Source of the DNA: Podarcis tiliguerta
Lineage: Eukaryota
Strand: one strand, 5' to 3'
NCBI GenBank assembly: GCA_965153285.1
Contig: OZ229116.1
Length of the DNA stretch: 64,000 bases
In this document: positions 27,672 through 41,706 of the stretch, piece by piece
Layout of the letters: every line of letters begins with the position of its first letter
How positions within the stretch are numbered: the stretch's first letter is position 1
Notes under the pieces: model-generated
Database searches by the model: none
What the model saw: only the letters and a program-made list of their open reading frames with translations
What the model was told of the DNA's origin: nothing
Program-made: the position numbers and the translations under genes

Positions 27672-27674
27672 GCC
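27467..27674 (+). mobile_element. 5'-truncated L2-like LINE 3' end with compound (AAT)15/(ATT)12 tail
   Basis: T-rich UTR, then gaagccgcccagagtggctgggg and a tataaataataaa tail. Flanked by the 10-bp direct repeat AACTTTTCTA (27457-27466 and 27675-27684). Confidence 0.75.
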
Positions 27675-27764
27675 AACTTTTCTAAATAAAAGAAAGTACT
27701 TTTTTATGCAGGCTGAAGATCATCAATCAGATACACTCAAGTTAAAATCATAGAGACGGATGCA

Positions 27765-28030
27765 TGGCACGAGGCGGGCATCTTCACTGTACTCTTTTCA
27801 GCATCTGCTAAATATATTGTTGTTTAAGCAAGCCTATCCAGACATGCAGAAGTTGTCATGTGTTTAACCATGTGTTAAGCTTATTATTGATTTCAGGTTT
27901 CTTTAAACCTGTTTAAAAAACAGTTAAAAACAAATATTTAAGTTTTTTACTGACCATTTTACTGTTTTATTCTTTTTGTAAAGCACTTTTATTAGAATCA
28001 AAGGCGATATAACTGCTGTGAAATAAACAA
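27765..28030 (+). mobile_element. Old L2-like LINE 3' end
   Basis: ttgtttaagcaagcctat, T-rich UTR, tgtaaagcactt...aaataaacaaa, the usual layout of squamate L2 tails; degenerate. Confidence 0.45.
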
Positions 28031-29204
28031 ACTAGCATTAAGCCTAACATTAATATTATAAACCTTATATATGATATTATCTTCTCCTCCTCCTCCTCAT
28101 ATTGTATGCATATGAGGGCCTGAAAATTTCATCAAGCATTTAAAATGATAATTCTACTGCTGCAAGTGTATGAGCTACCAGAAAAGCCGTATTTTAAAAA
28201 TCCATTAAGAACCCTTCATTTGAAAAGCATTACGATCTATTGGATCAGTGATCTGTAAATGAAGAAGGATCAGCAAAAGGACTGTAATTAATCTGAAGGT
28301 GCTTGTCAAAAATTGCTTGTTAATATTACATGCTGATGATGAGCATTAGTAGAAAGCGAGCTGTGCAGCACTGCTGAGGAAATGCACTGTCTGAAAAACT
28401 GCACTTGCCAAAATTTAGATATACAAAACACAAGGGATATTGTGCACCCAAAAGCCTCGCATGATTATTTGTTACTATCTAAATTTCAATTGATGATGAG
28501 TTATATATTAATTCATTAAGAATGTATTTCATCCTGCTTTGCAGAAAGTGGGGCAGCTTCCAACTTCTACACGTTGTGAAGATATTTAAAATGTAATAAA
28601 TTACAAAAATGCTCTGTGCCAGAATGGTCAAAGTACAACAAATGCTTCAATTCCATTCAATGGGAAGCCTAACGTCTATTTTGCTAGAGGCAGCTTAGCA
28701 TAAGAGAACTATTCTGGGGAAACAAAGACATGAGTTTATTTATGGGCTGTCCACAAATAAATCCATTATGGGAGAACAGACATAGGTAAAGAGGTTTTAA
28801 GCTCTCTTTAAAATACGTATGTGGCAGTAGCATAATCAATAACTTAAATACTGATACATACTGCAGTCACTGGCTGACTACTCTGTTGCTGCCATCTCCT
28901 TCTCCTTGTTGGGGAACAAAGAGCCTGAGATGGGAGGATGTTGTGTTGTTTCCATCTTGGACCCTTGGCTGCAGGTTGCTCTGTCCCAGTAGGTTGAAGG
29001 AGATGGTGGTCTAGGAACAACGGGGCAGTTGAGCAAAGAGTGCAGGCACTGGAGACCTATTAGAATGGCCCATCCTAGAAGGATGTCTGAGTGTCCTTGG
29101 GTAGTTTTCACATTGCCATGTCTGGGGTTCCTGTTGGGTGTTTTAGCTATGTTGTGGAATTCAAAGATGAGGTGGGTGCTTCAATATAAGCAACTACGGT
29201 ATCT

Positions 29205-29575
29205 TCCTGTGTAGGCTGCCTGGGCTGGAAGCTGGGGACACCGTGCTGCTGTGTTTCTGTATTTATCTCAATGGCATATTCCATAAGATGCCGCTTATTT
29301 TGGGGGGCCCACATGGCATTGGTTCACTATCTACATAAACTGATCAGTGAGGTCGTCCAGAAATTTAGTGTGTGGTTATCCAATATGCGGCCTACATCTG
29401 ACTTTTATTTGATTCTGATGAGGTGGTAGACCAGCGTTTGAGATTCCTAATGTGTCAGATGAGAAGCAATATACTGAGACTCAGTTCAGGTAAGAAAGAA
29501 GTGCTGCTGGTCAGTTGTTCACCTGTCAGACTGATGGAATTCAATCTGTTCTGGATGGGGTTGGGCCCCCTGCTA
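29205..29575 (+). mobile_element. Highly degenerate L2 reverse-transcriptase fragment
   Basis: Remnants resembling IYIK (atctacataaa), QYA (caatatgcg, relic of YADD), KKEVLLV and VLDGV (gttctggatgggg) in order; frameshifted. Confidence 0.5.
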
Positions 29576-32500
29576 AATGGGCAAAATACTGATACATTAA
29601 ATTAAAAAGTGATTGGGCTTTTATGCAGAACCATGTACAGAAGCAGAAGTATGGCCAGCAGCACTATCTAGCTCCGAAATGAATACTTCATTCAAAGCTG
29701 TATCATCATTATTAAAAGGCCTAGTTGAGCAACACAAGGCAGTCAACTATAATGTTGAAACTCTGACAGCTAACAAAGTAATTAAAATCAGTTAAAAATA
29801 TAAGATTTTCACCGCCATTCTTAAGTTACTTAAACTGATTTATGTCAGTGAAGTGAATACAAAAAAGTGACATTCAGATCTAGGATATTTTTTCAACTGT
29901 TACCAGATATTATATATTATAAAAACGGTGGATAAATGCAACATATAAATGCTCATTTAAATGCAACAGATAAATGCAGTTGCAGGAATGAGCAAATGAT
30001 CAGTCCCCCAAAGCATTTTCACTCCACCGCATTCACAAATATTTCATACAAATTGTTTTTAGAGAAATGGGAACATGGAATTTAGATGTACTGTGGCAGC
30101 TTCTCCTGTTTCTCTGGTGTTATGTTCAATGCTACGATGCCCAACCTCAGCTCTTGATCATGACTCATGTGTATGTTTGCAGATAGGTTTTTGAATTTCA
30201 CCATTACAGCCAGGTGGAGGAAGAAGAAAAAATGGTGGGACCACTGAACGGACCCATAGATATTCTATTAATACAACATATTAGTGCTAGAAACTGCAGG
30301 CGCCTGATGTAATGTTTTGCTTTTGCAATGTCTGTGATGAGATGTCTATATGGGAATAGCTCTACAGGAAGGTCATAGTTGGCTGACTCTAGGAGATGAG
30401 ACACTACAAATAAAGACCTCCCTATATACAGTAGCAAAGAGAAATGAGTTTTACAGATGTGACCAGCTTCAAATATCCAAAATGTGCCCCTGCTCCCAGC
30501 AGACCTAGACTATATGTTGGAAATATTTTCTCATGCTGTCTGGCAACTCTTAGTTACTGGGTCCACTACATGAGGAGGTAGAATTTTAATACAATTTTAA
30601 TAAAAATAATTATGTTAAAAAAGCTTGGATTTCAAACTTTTATCATTAAAAAAAAAAAAAAAAGCTAATGGAGAATTCCTTAAGTTGGACTGATATATAC
30701 CCAATAACCAGCTGTCAAATTTGGATATTAAATAATTATATGCATATTTTGTGCTATGACTGCTCAATTGAATACATTTCTACATAAGCCAATGTCTGCG
30801 TGTGCTCAGCAGCTTTGCTGGGTTATTTGACAGCAAGATGCTATTGTAACAATAGCTGCCAACTTTCAACACTCCAAAGATTAATGAGTCAGCTTTAATC
30901 TTTGAATATATTCAGTTCCATACAAAGCAGTATAAATTAAAAATAATGGATACTTTGATGCTTTTTTTGAAGAAAATGCAATATTGCCAATCATACTGTA
31001 AAATTATAGTGGCAATAAATAAAATAACTGTCCCAATCAATCTAACAATGAATAAAATATTTTTTTAGACGTGATGTAATAAAACAAACTTTAGTATCAC
31101 TCCTGGTCATTTGCTACGTGTAATCACATGGTAGAGTTCCACAGCCCATGTGGAAGTTTATTGGAGTAGTTACCTTAGAAAAGTTTTTTTTTTCTGCTTC
31201 AGAATCTATAGGTAAAGAAAAATGGGCTAAATTCAGTTGCTTGCATGAAGCCTTAAGCGGAGTCCTGAATTTGAAGTACCTGGGATCAATATGCTCAGTT
31301 TTAAGTGTCATTAGAGAAAATGTGGTTCTGGTTAATTGTTGGTGCAGAAATTAAGAGTTTTACAAATATCACTCCAACTGGAAGCGTTCAAAGCCATTTT
31401 TACATATGGTTTGGGGAATATTAAGATCTATTCATTCAGCTTTTCTGCAATCTCTATTTTCCTCCTTTAGCACATCTTTGACTCCCTTTTTGTTCAAAGG
31501 TCCAAGCATCGTCCAAGCCAATTATAGGTTTTAGAATGTATTTTTATGTCATGTGTGAATTAGATTGTATTAATACAAGTATATGCTTTGATGGAAAGTG
31601 GTTTAAAATATTTAAAATAAAAAATGCATATTTACTTTATTTCTATTCCATTGTTAACTCTAAGGAGCTTAGGACAACAGGTATCTAGGTTTTCACAGCT
31701 GGTCTACCATCCCACCCTTTCAAGGCTTGGGCGATTACATATTAATTACAACAGACCATTCTTGCCCAGACCATATTGTTCCTGCTCCCAGAGAAACAAT
31801 TTACAACAATCCTACTTTTATCACTAAAGGCCAAATTATGAGTAGCCATTGGGAAAATGCAACTATTAAAGTTCCTAGAGCATGATCTCTGTCTTTTTTA
31901 ACAGTAGTATGGTTTTTGGTGAAGATGGCTACTTCCTTTTCCAAAATCTGTTGCATCTTTAAAATCTTGAAAAGCTGAGAAATAATTTAGATCCCTACAA
32001 GCATTTTCAACTCTTTTCATACAACAATGCTAACTCGTTCAGTGACTTCTTCAGAAAAAAGAGAGGGACATACATATAGTCAACAGCACTATTCTATACA
32101 GATCTGCTCAGAATTCTCATTGTTAACAGTGCATACTTCCAGATAGGAAAGTAGCCTAAAATAATTATAAGTCAGACATTCCATAAAAGGACAATCAGTA
32201 CAATTTTCGGTAAATAGTCTGTTCACAGTTCTCAATAACTAAATTGCTCATTTCATATTGCCTGCTGTAAATATTTCTTAGATAAGAACAGGATTCTGTT
32301 TGTTACAGCCAATGGAAAACGCTTTCAAATAGACTTCTACTGTTGTCAAAATAATTCATGCCATTATGGAAAAGGATTCCGAACTAGAGCCATAAATTGT
32401 AATAATTTGCTAAAGTTAATTCCTTGGATTAACACACAAAAGCCATCCTATCCCATACACAGTAAATATAAAAGCAACTTTAGAGAGTATTATCCTGTTA

Positions 32501-32797
32501 TGTTATTGCAGCTTGCAGGTTTTTTTTGCACTCAGTGTCAACTATCCTGAAAAGATACATTGAAGAAGATTTCAATGAAATACATTCCAAAAAATCTATA
32601 TATAGTTATTCAGGCGTAACTTGAAATAGATTAGAAGCCCACTGGATGAACCACATCAAAGCAACTGTTGGCACAGACAAATTCTGAAGATACAGAAGGA
32701 TTATTTTCTTTTCTACCTTAATTGTGATGTTGCAGGTTAACTGCTGAAAACCAGGGTGGCAGGAGCTTTTGATTTTTTTATTATGCATTAGACTTAC

Positions 32798-32943
32798 TTT
32801 TCTTTAAGGAAATCCACTACCCTTTTGAAGTCCGCCACACAGTATTCCCTCTTCATGTCCATGAGTACGCTATCAGAGGCACTTTGAACTGGTACATGAA
32901 GAAATGCATAGACTCTTGGATGGTTGAGAATTTTTGCCATTTC
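32798..32943 (-). CDS. CDKAL1: CDKAL1 internal coding exon (146 nt, approx. human exon 11)
   Basis: Not in the ORF track; read by hand. ttctag|GAA ATG GCA ... AAA GAA AA|gtaagt. Encodes [48 protein letters not shown](K), containing the MTTase HxPVQS(G/A)SD motif. Phase 0 to phase 2, joining both neighbours in frame. Confidence 0.97.
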
Positions 32944-35545
32944 CTAGAAGATTAAAAATGAAAACAATAAGATTTTTACCACATCCTGATAGGCACAGCA
33001 TTGCCTCCATTCATCACCAGCTTACAGAATGTAATATTAACCAGCATTACAACACACATTCGTGTGAGGATGCACTAGAGAACTCAACATTTTATTTATG
33101 ATGAAATCACATGCATCTGCAATGGATCACCAATGAATACGTGAAACAAATTTACTGAAAAGCATCATGTCTGAGGTGGAGTAAAGGAATATGGAAGTTT
33201 CGAGGTGCTGCATTGTAAAGGCTCATCCCCCCCCCCCAAGTCAACACTTGATAACACAGTCATTAAGTATACGCATGTGTGAACTAGCCCTCCTCCAATT
33301 CTGTTACGCCGTCTGTTTTCACAATTTCCTGCTGGCAATTTCCACTTACCAAAATTGAGGCCTAGGTGAAGAACATGAATATCTCTTCATTCTATTGGAG
33401 TCATAATTTGACTTGCTATCTGCTGATATGAAGTTAGATTTGTCCTGAGAATTTCGTAAAATACAAAATAAAAATCCCAATTTCAAACTAAATTGGGTGG
33501 TTCAATTTTATTTTATTTTTTTACTACTCAGTTATTTTTCCTGATGCCTGGAAATATTCTCCTTTCTACCTGCCTAGTCTTTCTTGTACTTCTATAAATT
33601 ATACTGTGAGACAGCAAAACACCTCAAAATTTCAGTGCTTCTGCAAGTCCATAAGCCAACTGAGGCAAGGCCCAAGCATGCATTATTTGCTTATTTGCAT
33701 TTCTCTACCACCTCATAACATGACTTGTTTTGAATGACATATATCATGACCAGGATCCCCACAACTATTTTTACGTAGACAAGAGGCCTTTGAACATGCA
33801 TTTCTCAGGCAGCAGATGGGTTATATCATGACAAACCATTGTTGAATTTGAAGGAACTTTCCAAAGCACTGGGCATCACCCAAGCCCTCAGAAGTTGCTA
33901 AGACAGCACTGGATGCTAACCAGCAAATGGAAAGTTGAAACACATAAGGACTTATGAGCACAGCCAACTGGGAGATTTTTCCTGTATCTAGTATGTTCCA
34001 TTCAATACAATACAAGGTGTTAACAAATGAAGCCATGGAAGATGGTTTAGGACACAGAGAGTTACAGCCAACCAGGTCACTGTGTGAGCAGAACAGCTTC
34101 CATGAGTGTGGTGAAAGTCCTCTCCCTCTCACCTATATCCTACGTCATAAAATTAGTCCTAGCTTTATTACAATAAGCAGGTTATAAAACCTGGCACAGA
34201 ACGAACATCTAAAGCTGAGAGTTCCCAATTTTATTTTTATTGGTCTTTTCAGAGACTGGAGGTGTCAAGTGAACCGCCACACACAAATATTGTAGTATTA
34301 TTTTACTATATGACTTGCTGGGATACACCATAAAAAACCTTGCTGCAGAAAGTTTAACTGCTCTAAAAAATATATATATCCGGAAAAATAACTCTTCTTC
34401 CTCCTTCCATGTAATCTCATTTGTATTTACATCACCATGATAGATGCATCCTAAAGTCGAACAAAAGTAACTGATACATTTACTATCTTGTTCTTACACA
34501 AGTAATTTAATGTAATGTAAAAAGCCAAAAATAGATAGCAACACGTTTCGCGTAATTTTATGATGTTTTCTGGGATATGTTCTTATTAAGCTTCTTTTTT
34601 CCCTCATTCTCTCATTTAAAAATTATATACAAAATATGCATTCAAAAAACAAAAACAAAAACCTGATACTAATGAATCAAATTGTATTACTGCAGATTAT
34701 TCAGATGATGTCGTAAAGCAGAAAAATGTGTCAGGTCATCTGTCAAGGAACACAAAAGATTTTATGCATTCAAGTCAAATGACAGATTTGTAATAGCAGA
34801 GGTGGTGGCTGATAGGACTTTAATTAGCCATCAGAATATAAATACCTCATATACTGATATCTCATTTGGTTATTAATGAATATACAAATATTAAAAGAAA
34901 AACTGTCGACAGTTAATTATGCAAGGTATACATTTGCTCTGTGTTAATAGCATTATCTTTTGGCCCTGGTGTCCTGAGCCAATAGCAATTATAAAGATAT
35001 GCTGCTGCTGCCGCTACTTCTTCTTCTTCTTTTTTATTCTTTGTAAAACTGTATTTTTCAGTGATACTTACATTTGCTACCAAAAATCTACAGACTCAAT
35101 TAATGTTGATCATCCTCCTGCTGCTAATCCATGAACAAAATTAGCCTTAGCTCCAAAGATTTGCCACAGGCAGATGGCATTTATAAGTGACTGACAGAGA
35201 ACTTGACACCGAGCACAAGATTTACAAGTGGAAAAGTCTGCATTCAAATATCCCCCCCCCCCCACTATCTCTCATGGAATAATAGGAATTAAAGAGAACA
35301 TTTGTGATGGATTTTAATTGCTGTAGGCTGCTTTGGGATCCAATTTTAGTTGAAAAGACAGAAAGAAATGCTAGGGCTGAATCAGGGTTGCATAAGTGGG
35401 ACTCTACTCATGCAGCAGGGCTTTTCTGGTCCCCCTTCTCTCACAATCAACTACACATTCACAAACCTGTACCAGAGAACCGAGGAACTCTCTTGAACGG
35501 CATGGGATGTGTGCTCTGCTTGTGCAAACTGCCTAAGCCCTACTG

Positions 35546-35686
35546 GGACAGTTCAGTTGGTAGAGCATGAGACTCATAAACTCAGGATCGTGGGTTCAAG
35601 ACCTACGCTGGGCAAAAGACTCCTGCATTGCAGAAGGTTGGACTAGATGACACTCGTGGTCACTTCCAACTCTACAGTTCTATGGT
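35546..35686 (+). mobile_element. Short SINE with tRNA-like head and CR1-type tail (Squam2/POM-like)
   Basis: Head agttcagttggtagagcatgagactc...gtgggttcaagacc; CR1-type 3' end ttggactagatga...cttccaactctacagttctatg. 7-bp direct repeat CCTACTG at 35539-35545 and 35687-35693. Confidence 0.8.
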
Positions 35687-36888
35687 CCTACTGCTGTTCA
35701 TTCCCCACCACCACCAGTACCACATCTCACATTGTACTGGAGGGTTCCCTAACTCTCAGGGGTTGCTGGGAACTGTAACAGGGAAGAGGGGATAGGACCC
35801 CACCCCCTGTCCACTGTACAAGCAGAATTCTGCTCATGCAAAACCTGAATTTGTACCATGCTAAACTATTGTATGATAAGAACAACCACCTTGCAATCTA
35901 AGAAGAGAGTTCAAAGAACCTACAAATCCACTTCTGCTCCAAAAGGCATGGGAATTGTAAATTAAAGCACCACCCTTAACTTGCCCACCATGAAAGCAGT
36001 AAAGAGGCTGACAGTCTTAGATATGTGTTCGCTTACAACTAAGCTGCCATGCATACACACTATGCCTTGATCTTTCAGCAACAGTAAAGCTGGCACTGCA
36101 TAAAAATTTAATAAGAATTTTCTTACATACTGAAATTCCCATTGGAAAGAACGGATGCAACAGCAACCTCCATTTGGAAAGAAATCCTATTGCTGGTCAC
36201 AGATCAAATGAAGCGACTCTGGGAGAATACAGAGGAGCAGCATCTTTGGGACTGGCAGGGGTGCAAGATGGCGTGGAAAGGGGAAGGCACCACAGAGAAT
36301 GGGGGTGGTGGGTGAATGACAGGAGAATATAGGGACTGGGTACAATGGCCAAGAAATAGGTGGAATGATAGGACTATGGTTCTATCCATCAGTCAGTAAA
36401 AGAGAACCTGCTCTGTTTTTGGCTTCCTTTTTCCCTCCCCACTCCCTTTTCCTTTAGTATTGCATTTGTTAAAATGTGAGGCTCCATCAAGGCCTGTCTC
36501 TCTGCATGTAGTAAAGTAGCATGTCTGTCATGTGAATTATCCAAGGGAAGCAAGGTTTGTTTTTTGATGAAGGAGAATTCAAGCATGAAGTTCCCCCACT
36601 TGGTACTGTCTAGAAATGACTGTGTTTTGGGGTATTTCCAAACATGGTAGCTTCATGAACATGGCTAAGATGAAAATCAGGAAAGACTATAGGGCTTGCT
36701 AAATAACACTAAGGAATGGTTAACTGATAGCACAGAAATAATACAATTGTGATGAAATCAACTCAACACATTTCTCAAAGGTGGCAAATTCTGTTAACAC
36801 TGCGAAATATATTTCTATCACTCGCTAAATACATTTCACATCTTCTAAACAACTTCACAGTGTGGAATATTGAAGTATTTATTGTGTT

Positions 36889-36891
<3 letters not shown>

Positions 36892-36925
<34 letters not shown>
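36892..36925. repeat. (AG)17 microsatellite
   Basis: Read directly. Confidence 0.95.
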
Positions 36926-36929
<4 letters not shown>

Positions 36930-39084
36930 AAATTAGTGGTTGTACAACAATACGTTTTTAAGTGTTGTGTCAGAGCATGTCTGGAGAAGTGAAAGAGCAA
37001 AGAAATGCTATTGTAACTTGCTGTACCATTGGCATTTTGTGGGCATTCAAATGAAGGGGAGAGGAGAAGCACCATACAGGACTCGACTCTACGGCTGGTG
37101 TATCACTGAAACATCCTGAATTAATAATGATGATAAAATCCACAGATGGCATATGGTGGGGTTCAAACTAGACTCAGTCTGACAGGTAACATGGAAGGCT
37201 ATGCATCTCATCTCATCTTGTGAAATTAAGCATTTAAATGGCACTAGCAGATGTGAGCGGCCTTTAAATTTACCTATATACCTTCACACTCAAACACAAG
37301 GTGCAGTACAGACAGGAAAATTGTGAAAATGTTTAAAAAGGCTCATGTCAACTGATTTCTGAAGCAACACCAAAGCAAGCAGCATTTAGAGCCAGATTTA
37401 TCAACAGCATAATTTCACTACTGTAGTTTACTTGCTACTTACACTGACACACATGGGCCTTAGAAGTGTTTACCACACAAGCATACATACAGCAGAATAT
37501 CCAAAACTTCAACTCAGAAAAAAACCCATAGAAGAAACTCATATACAAGCCCCGTGTTCAAATTCTGGCACTCTTTGGCTCACTAATTCTGATCCTGACA
37601 ATGAAGCCTCTATATAATGAAGGGAGACAATCTCCACATGGTCTCTCCCACAGCTCAGTGGAAAGAGCCCTCTGATCTGCAGATTAGTGGAGATGATTTC
37701 TCTGTAACTACTCTCATATCTCAGCTGGAAAAACCCTCCTCCAGCTCCTGATGGAGATGATGTCACTGCAGTGCTCCACAAGCACTTATTATACTGCTCA
37801 TCAAGTCAGAAAGCTGCAGACAATCAAGGTGGAAGGCAAAAGCTACACAGCGGATACCAATTTATTTATTTTTAAATTGCCACTTTAGTTTTTCTAAATG
37901 TTGCTCTCTGTCCATTCTCCGTTGCTGGTTCTAATAGCCTTGGCTTTCACCAATGTTGGCCATCGATGCGATCTCTCAAGATCATTTCTGAGAACAAATG
38001 AAGTGCACCAGCTGTTCTTGAATGATTGTGAGTGGCAAGTATTGGTGTGAAGCAACAGGAAACGATGGAGATGCATGTTAACAAGAGCTGTGGAAGCATT
38101 CTTACCAAGGAAGTTGCAGGCAACTTTTAGAGAACAAAGCTTTTATTTAGTAGGCCCAAGAAATTTAGGTTCTAGCCCTGCCTTCAAGTACCATGTGTCC
38201 ATTAACTGACCTAGATGAAATGTAAAGCCATGAAAATCATGCTGACTTTTCTTCAGTTCATAAAACTAAATCATGCTAAAAAGAACAAATTTAAAATACT
38301 CCATATTGTGGCTATACAATAGGAATAAGCTGCCTACTGTATCCTGCAATCTGAGCTAAGCTTTGCCTTGAGGATTTCTTGCAAGACCTTAGACTGAGCT
38401 ATTTAACAGCTCAGATATAGGAAAGCTCATCTTCAATACTTCGCAAAGAATTCGAGGTCTTGAAAAGCATTTTGCTTTGATGTAACACCTCAGGTTCTGC
38501 AGGGCTTACTTTGTTCTAAAGGGGCTTCTCTAGTAAAATCAAAGTGCTCTAAATCACGTTTTCTGAACTTTGTAAACATGCTCAGCCTTCTGTAAATGAA
38601 TTAGAAAATGCTATGCAAACTGAACACTAACTCAGTAAAAGCTCAAGCTATGCAGTCTACAGGTTCTCTTTCATACAACAAACTCAGTTCCTGGTAGCTT
38701 TAATTCCGAAGAAAACTGTTTTGGGCAATTCCAGGCAGATTACTGTTCTGAACAAGTTTGTCTCCATATTAGAGTTCAAAGCAAAACAGAATGAACTAAA
38801 CTTTAAAAATACAGGGAGTTTCCTATTCAAATTCCTCATTGGCAAGAACTGAAGAACAAACTGACATTATCTCTCTGCATGCTGTCGGAAGCAAACTGTG
38901 AAATGCAGTATTTACCCCCAGAAGTACAGTGTCATCTAGAAGTAGATGACTTTAAAGAAGTAGATGAATTTGAAATATACATGACAAAGAAGTAAGATCC
39001 TGTTCACGTGTTGCTTTCCAGAAAGGAAACATGACACATGATGGATACAATCTTATGTTTTTACCACTATGAGGACAAAACAAC

Positions 39085-39319
39085 AACCTCGGTTGTGAAA
39101 CGTAATCTGTTCTGGAAGCCCCCTTGGCTTCCGAAACATTCGGCAACCGAAGTGTGGCTTCTGATTGGTTGCAAGAACTTCTTGCACTCAAGTGGAAGCC
39201 ACGTTGGATGTTCGGCTTCCGAAAAACGTTCAAAAACCAGAGCATTTACTTCGGTGTTTTTGGTGTTCGGGAGCCGAAACGTTCGAAAATGGAGCCGTTC
39301 GACAACCAAGCTTTGACTG
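39085..39319. mobile_element. Tc1/mariner-type MITE, left TIR eroded
   Basis: Right end GTTCGACAACCAAGCTTTGACTG followed by TA; left end AACCTCGGTTGTGAAAC is an imperfect complement. CpG-rich interior with repeated TTCGG/CCGAA. Confidence 0.7.
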
Positions 39320-40609
39320 TATCAGGATGTACTGCATTAACACAAATACCATACAGCCCACTTCTAGTTTACATTTTCCTCATGGAAAGGGGTGGGCACA
39401 TGCTTGTGACACAGGTTGGGTTTTCTCTGAAGAAAACCGTTATTGAAGTTGCCCTTAACCCACTTGCGACACAAAATTCTGTGAAAGTATGAGCTCCTTT
39501 GACAATGTTATTTCATAAAAACATACTAGCGTACAAATTCTGTTCATAATCTGATAGACAAAAGAATTCTAAAATAATTTTGAGATAATCATCTATGAAG
39601 GCAGACTGTTATAACTTCCCATCCGAGCCAGAATCTGCTGTTAGTTATTTTGGACCCTATCATCACAGCATGCAATTAATGTCAAGAATTCACTCCATTG
39701 CTTTATATATTTATCATCACCCAGGCACCTCTTTCTTATCACCACCACTTGAAACAAAAGCAAAGGTTGTTCTGGTTAAGAAAGACGATTTCAGAAGTAG
39801 TCACCACCCCTCCAACTCTCACTCCCTCTAATCCTGTACACAATGCACACTGCTGAGGAATTTATAATTTCAACTGGCCCTAAAGGCCAGATGGGGAAGG
39901 CATCTGTGATCACTAGCAAGCACTACTCCCCAGACTGGAAGAAAATAAGCAGACTAAATCACATGGCAGTAAAAAAAAATAACCCCAAAATGATGTGGTA
40001 GAATTATCAAAAATATTTGGAAGCTTTTACACAAATTCACTGATCAAACCTGCATGGTGCTTGAAATAAACATAATAATGTGCTGTTGAGCAGCCATGGA
40101 GAACCTGTGACCATCTAGATGCTGTTAGACGACAACTCCAATCCCCCTGACCACTGAATCAAACCATAATTATTATTGATGGTAGGTTTAAGATGATCCT
40201 ACTGCCAGAAGCAGAAGTCAAAAGATCAGAGTGCTGCAGCCAGAGTTCTCAAGCCTTAAAATAAAATCATAATAAAAAAATCCTTCAGCTCTTACCAGAA
40301 AGAGAGATAATCTGCAGTTAACTTTAAACAGTATGGGATGGTGGGGTGGGGTGGCAGCTCTCACCTGACCTCCAGTTGCCCATGTTTATGTGGCATACTG
40401 GGATGGAGGGGGACAAGATGGCAGTGAGCTTGGTGTGAAGCAAATGCATTATGGGAGTGCTGGATTAGCTCTCACTCCTGCCTTGCTGCTCCCGCCCTAT
40501 GTACTTATATGCAGCAGTGATGCAGGTGACTACAGTTCAGGCCACCACCCCACTGACCTGTCTGATAATGGCTTTAGAAGTGGCCAGTCTCTTTGGCTAT
40601 GAGCTATGT

Positions 40610-40611
<2 letters not shown>

Positions 40612-40647
<36 letters not shown>
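40612..40647. repeat. (CAAT)9 microsatellite
   Basis: Read directly. Confidence 0.95.
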
Positions 40648-41706
40648 GCTGTTTGGACTATTGGCACTATGTTAAAAAATCAAGGAGACGTTTTGTACTC
40701 CACCCCACTTTTACTTTTCTCTCTGTTGTCATTATTTTATTGTTTTTGTAGTTTGCTGTTTTAATTATGTTTTATAATATGTATTTAAAACATTTTAAAT
40801 TTGCAAGGTGTCCTGTGACTGCTTGGTTAAAGCCAGTAGAGAAATTCCAAAATAGTAAAAATAAAATAAATACAGCATTATCTGTACGAACACCAAACCA
40901 AATATTTCACTATATTTATAAAAGTGCAAAAAAAGCCTCTTAAACCTTTAAAAAATATTGCTTGAGATCTAAAGGTTCAAAAACAAAGGGCTAAAGTCCA
41001 CATATGGTGCTGCTACTGTATGACACAGAATTAAATTATGCTAACTAATTCTGATAAGCACCTCCAAGCATCTTACACCCACACAAAAACCCTTAGTAAT
41101 TATTTTTTTGTGGGGGGTTAAAATAGCATAGATAAAGAAAAAGCAAAATATTCTAAGGTATGTTCTTGCTCATGATAACTCATACAAAGTCAACATTAGC
41201 GCAGGTTACTACATGTCTTTTAAATCCCAATGAATAGTTCACAATAACTGTAGACTATTCAGAACTGCAGAGTATAGATCTTAACCAAGGAGTCTAATCC
41301 TGGATGCTTAGGTCTAATTCTTTAAAAAAACATATGGGAGAGATAGCTTTGATCTGCTTGTACACGGCAAGAATGCTACCTCTGCAAAGCAAGGAGTGTG
41401 TGAGTCAAAGTTTGATTACGAAATGTATTTTATCTTTCATGTAGTATATATTGCTTGATAATTTGCTGGTGAATGGCTACTTCCATAGGGGTCCACATTT
41501 AAAATTTGCAGTTTAATTTCTGTGCATTTACACTAGACAAATTGACTCCTGATGTTATCCTGCCTTGGGTTTAATGAAGTAAATTTGGTCATGACATAAT
41601 CCCAGTTTTGGCTACAGATTATACTTGTCGCTGTAAAACTTTATTTCACACAGGGTGCAAAATCAGCTTGTTCAGTCACCACAGTGATTCCCCTTTTGAA
41701 AGTTAC

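Noticed and set aside
27464-27676. Poly-Ile ORF
   Set aside because: Translation of the (AAT)/(ATT) microsatellite.
35546-35620. Possible tRNA gene
   Set aside because: Cloverleaf is degenerate and runs straight into a CR1-type tail inside a TSD, so it is a SINE head. The same applies to 26207 and 62776.
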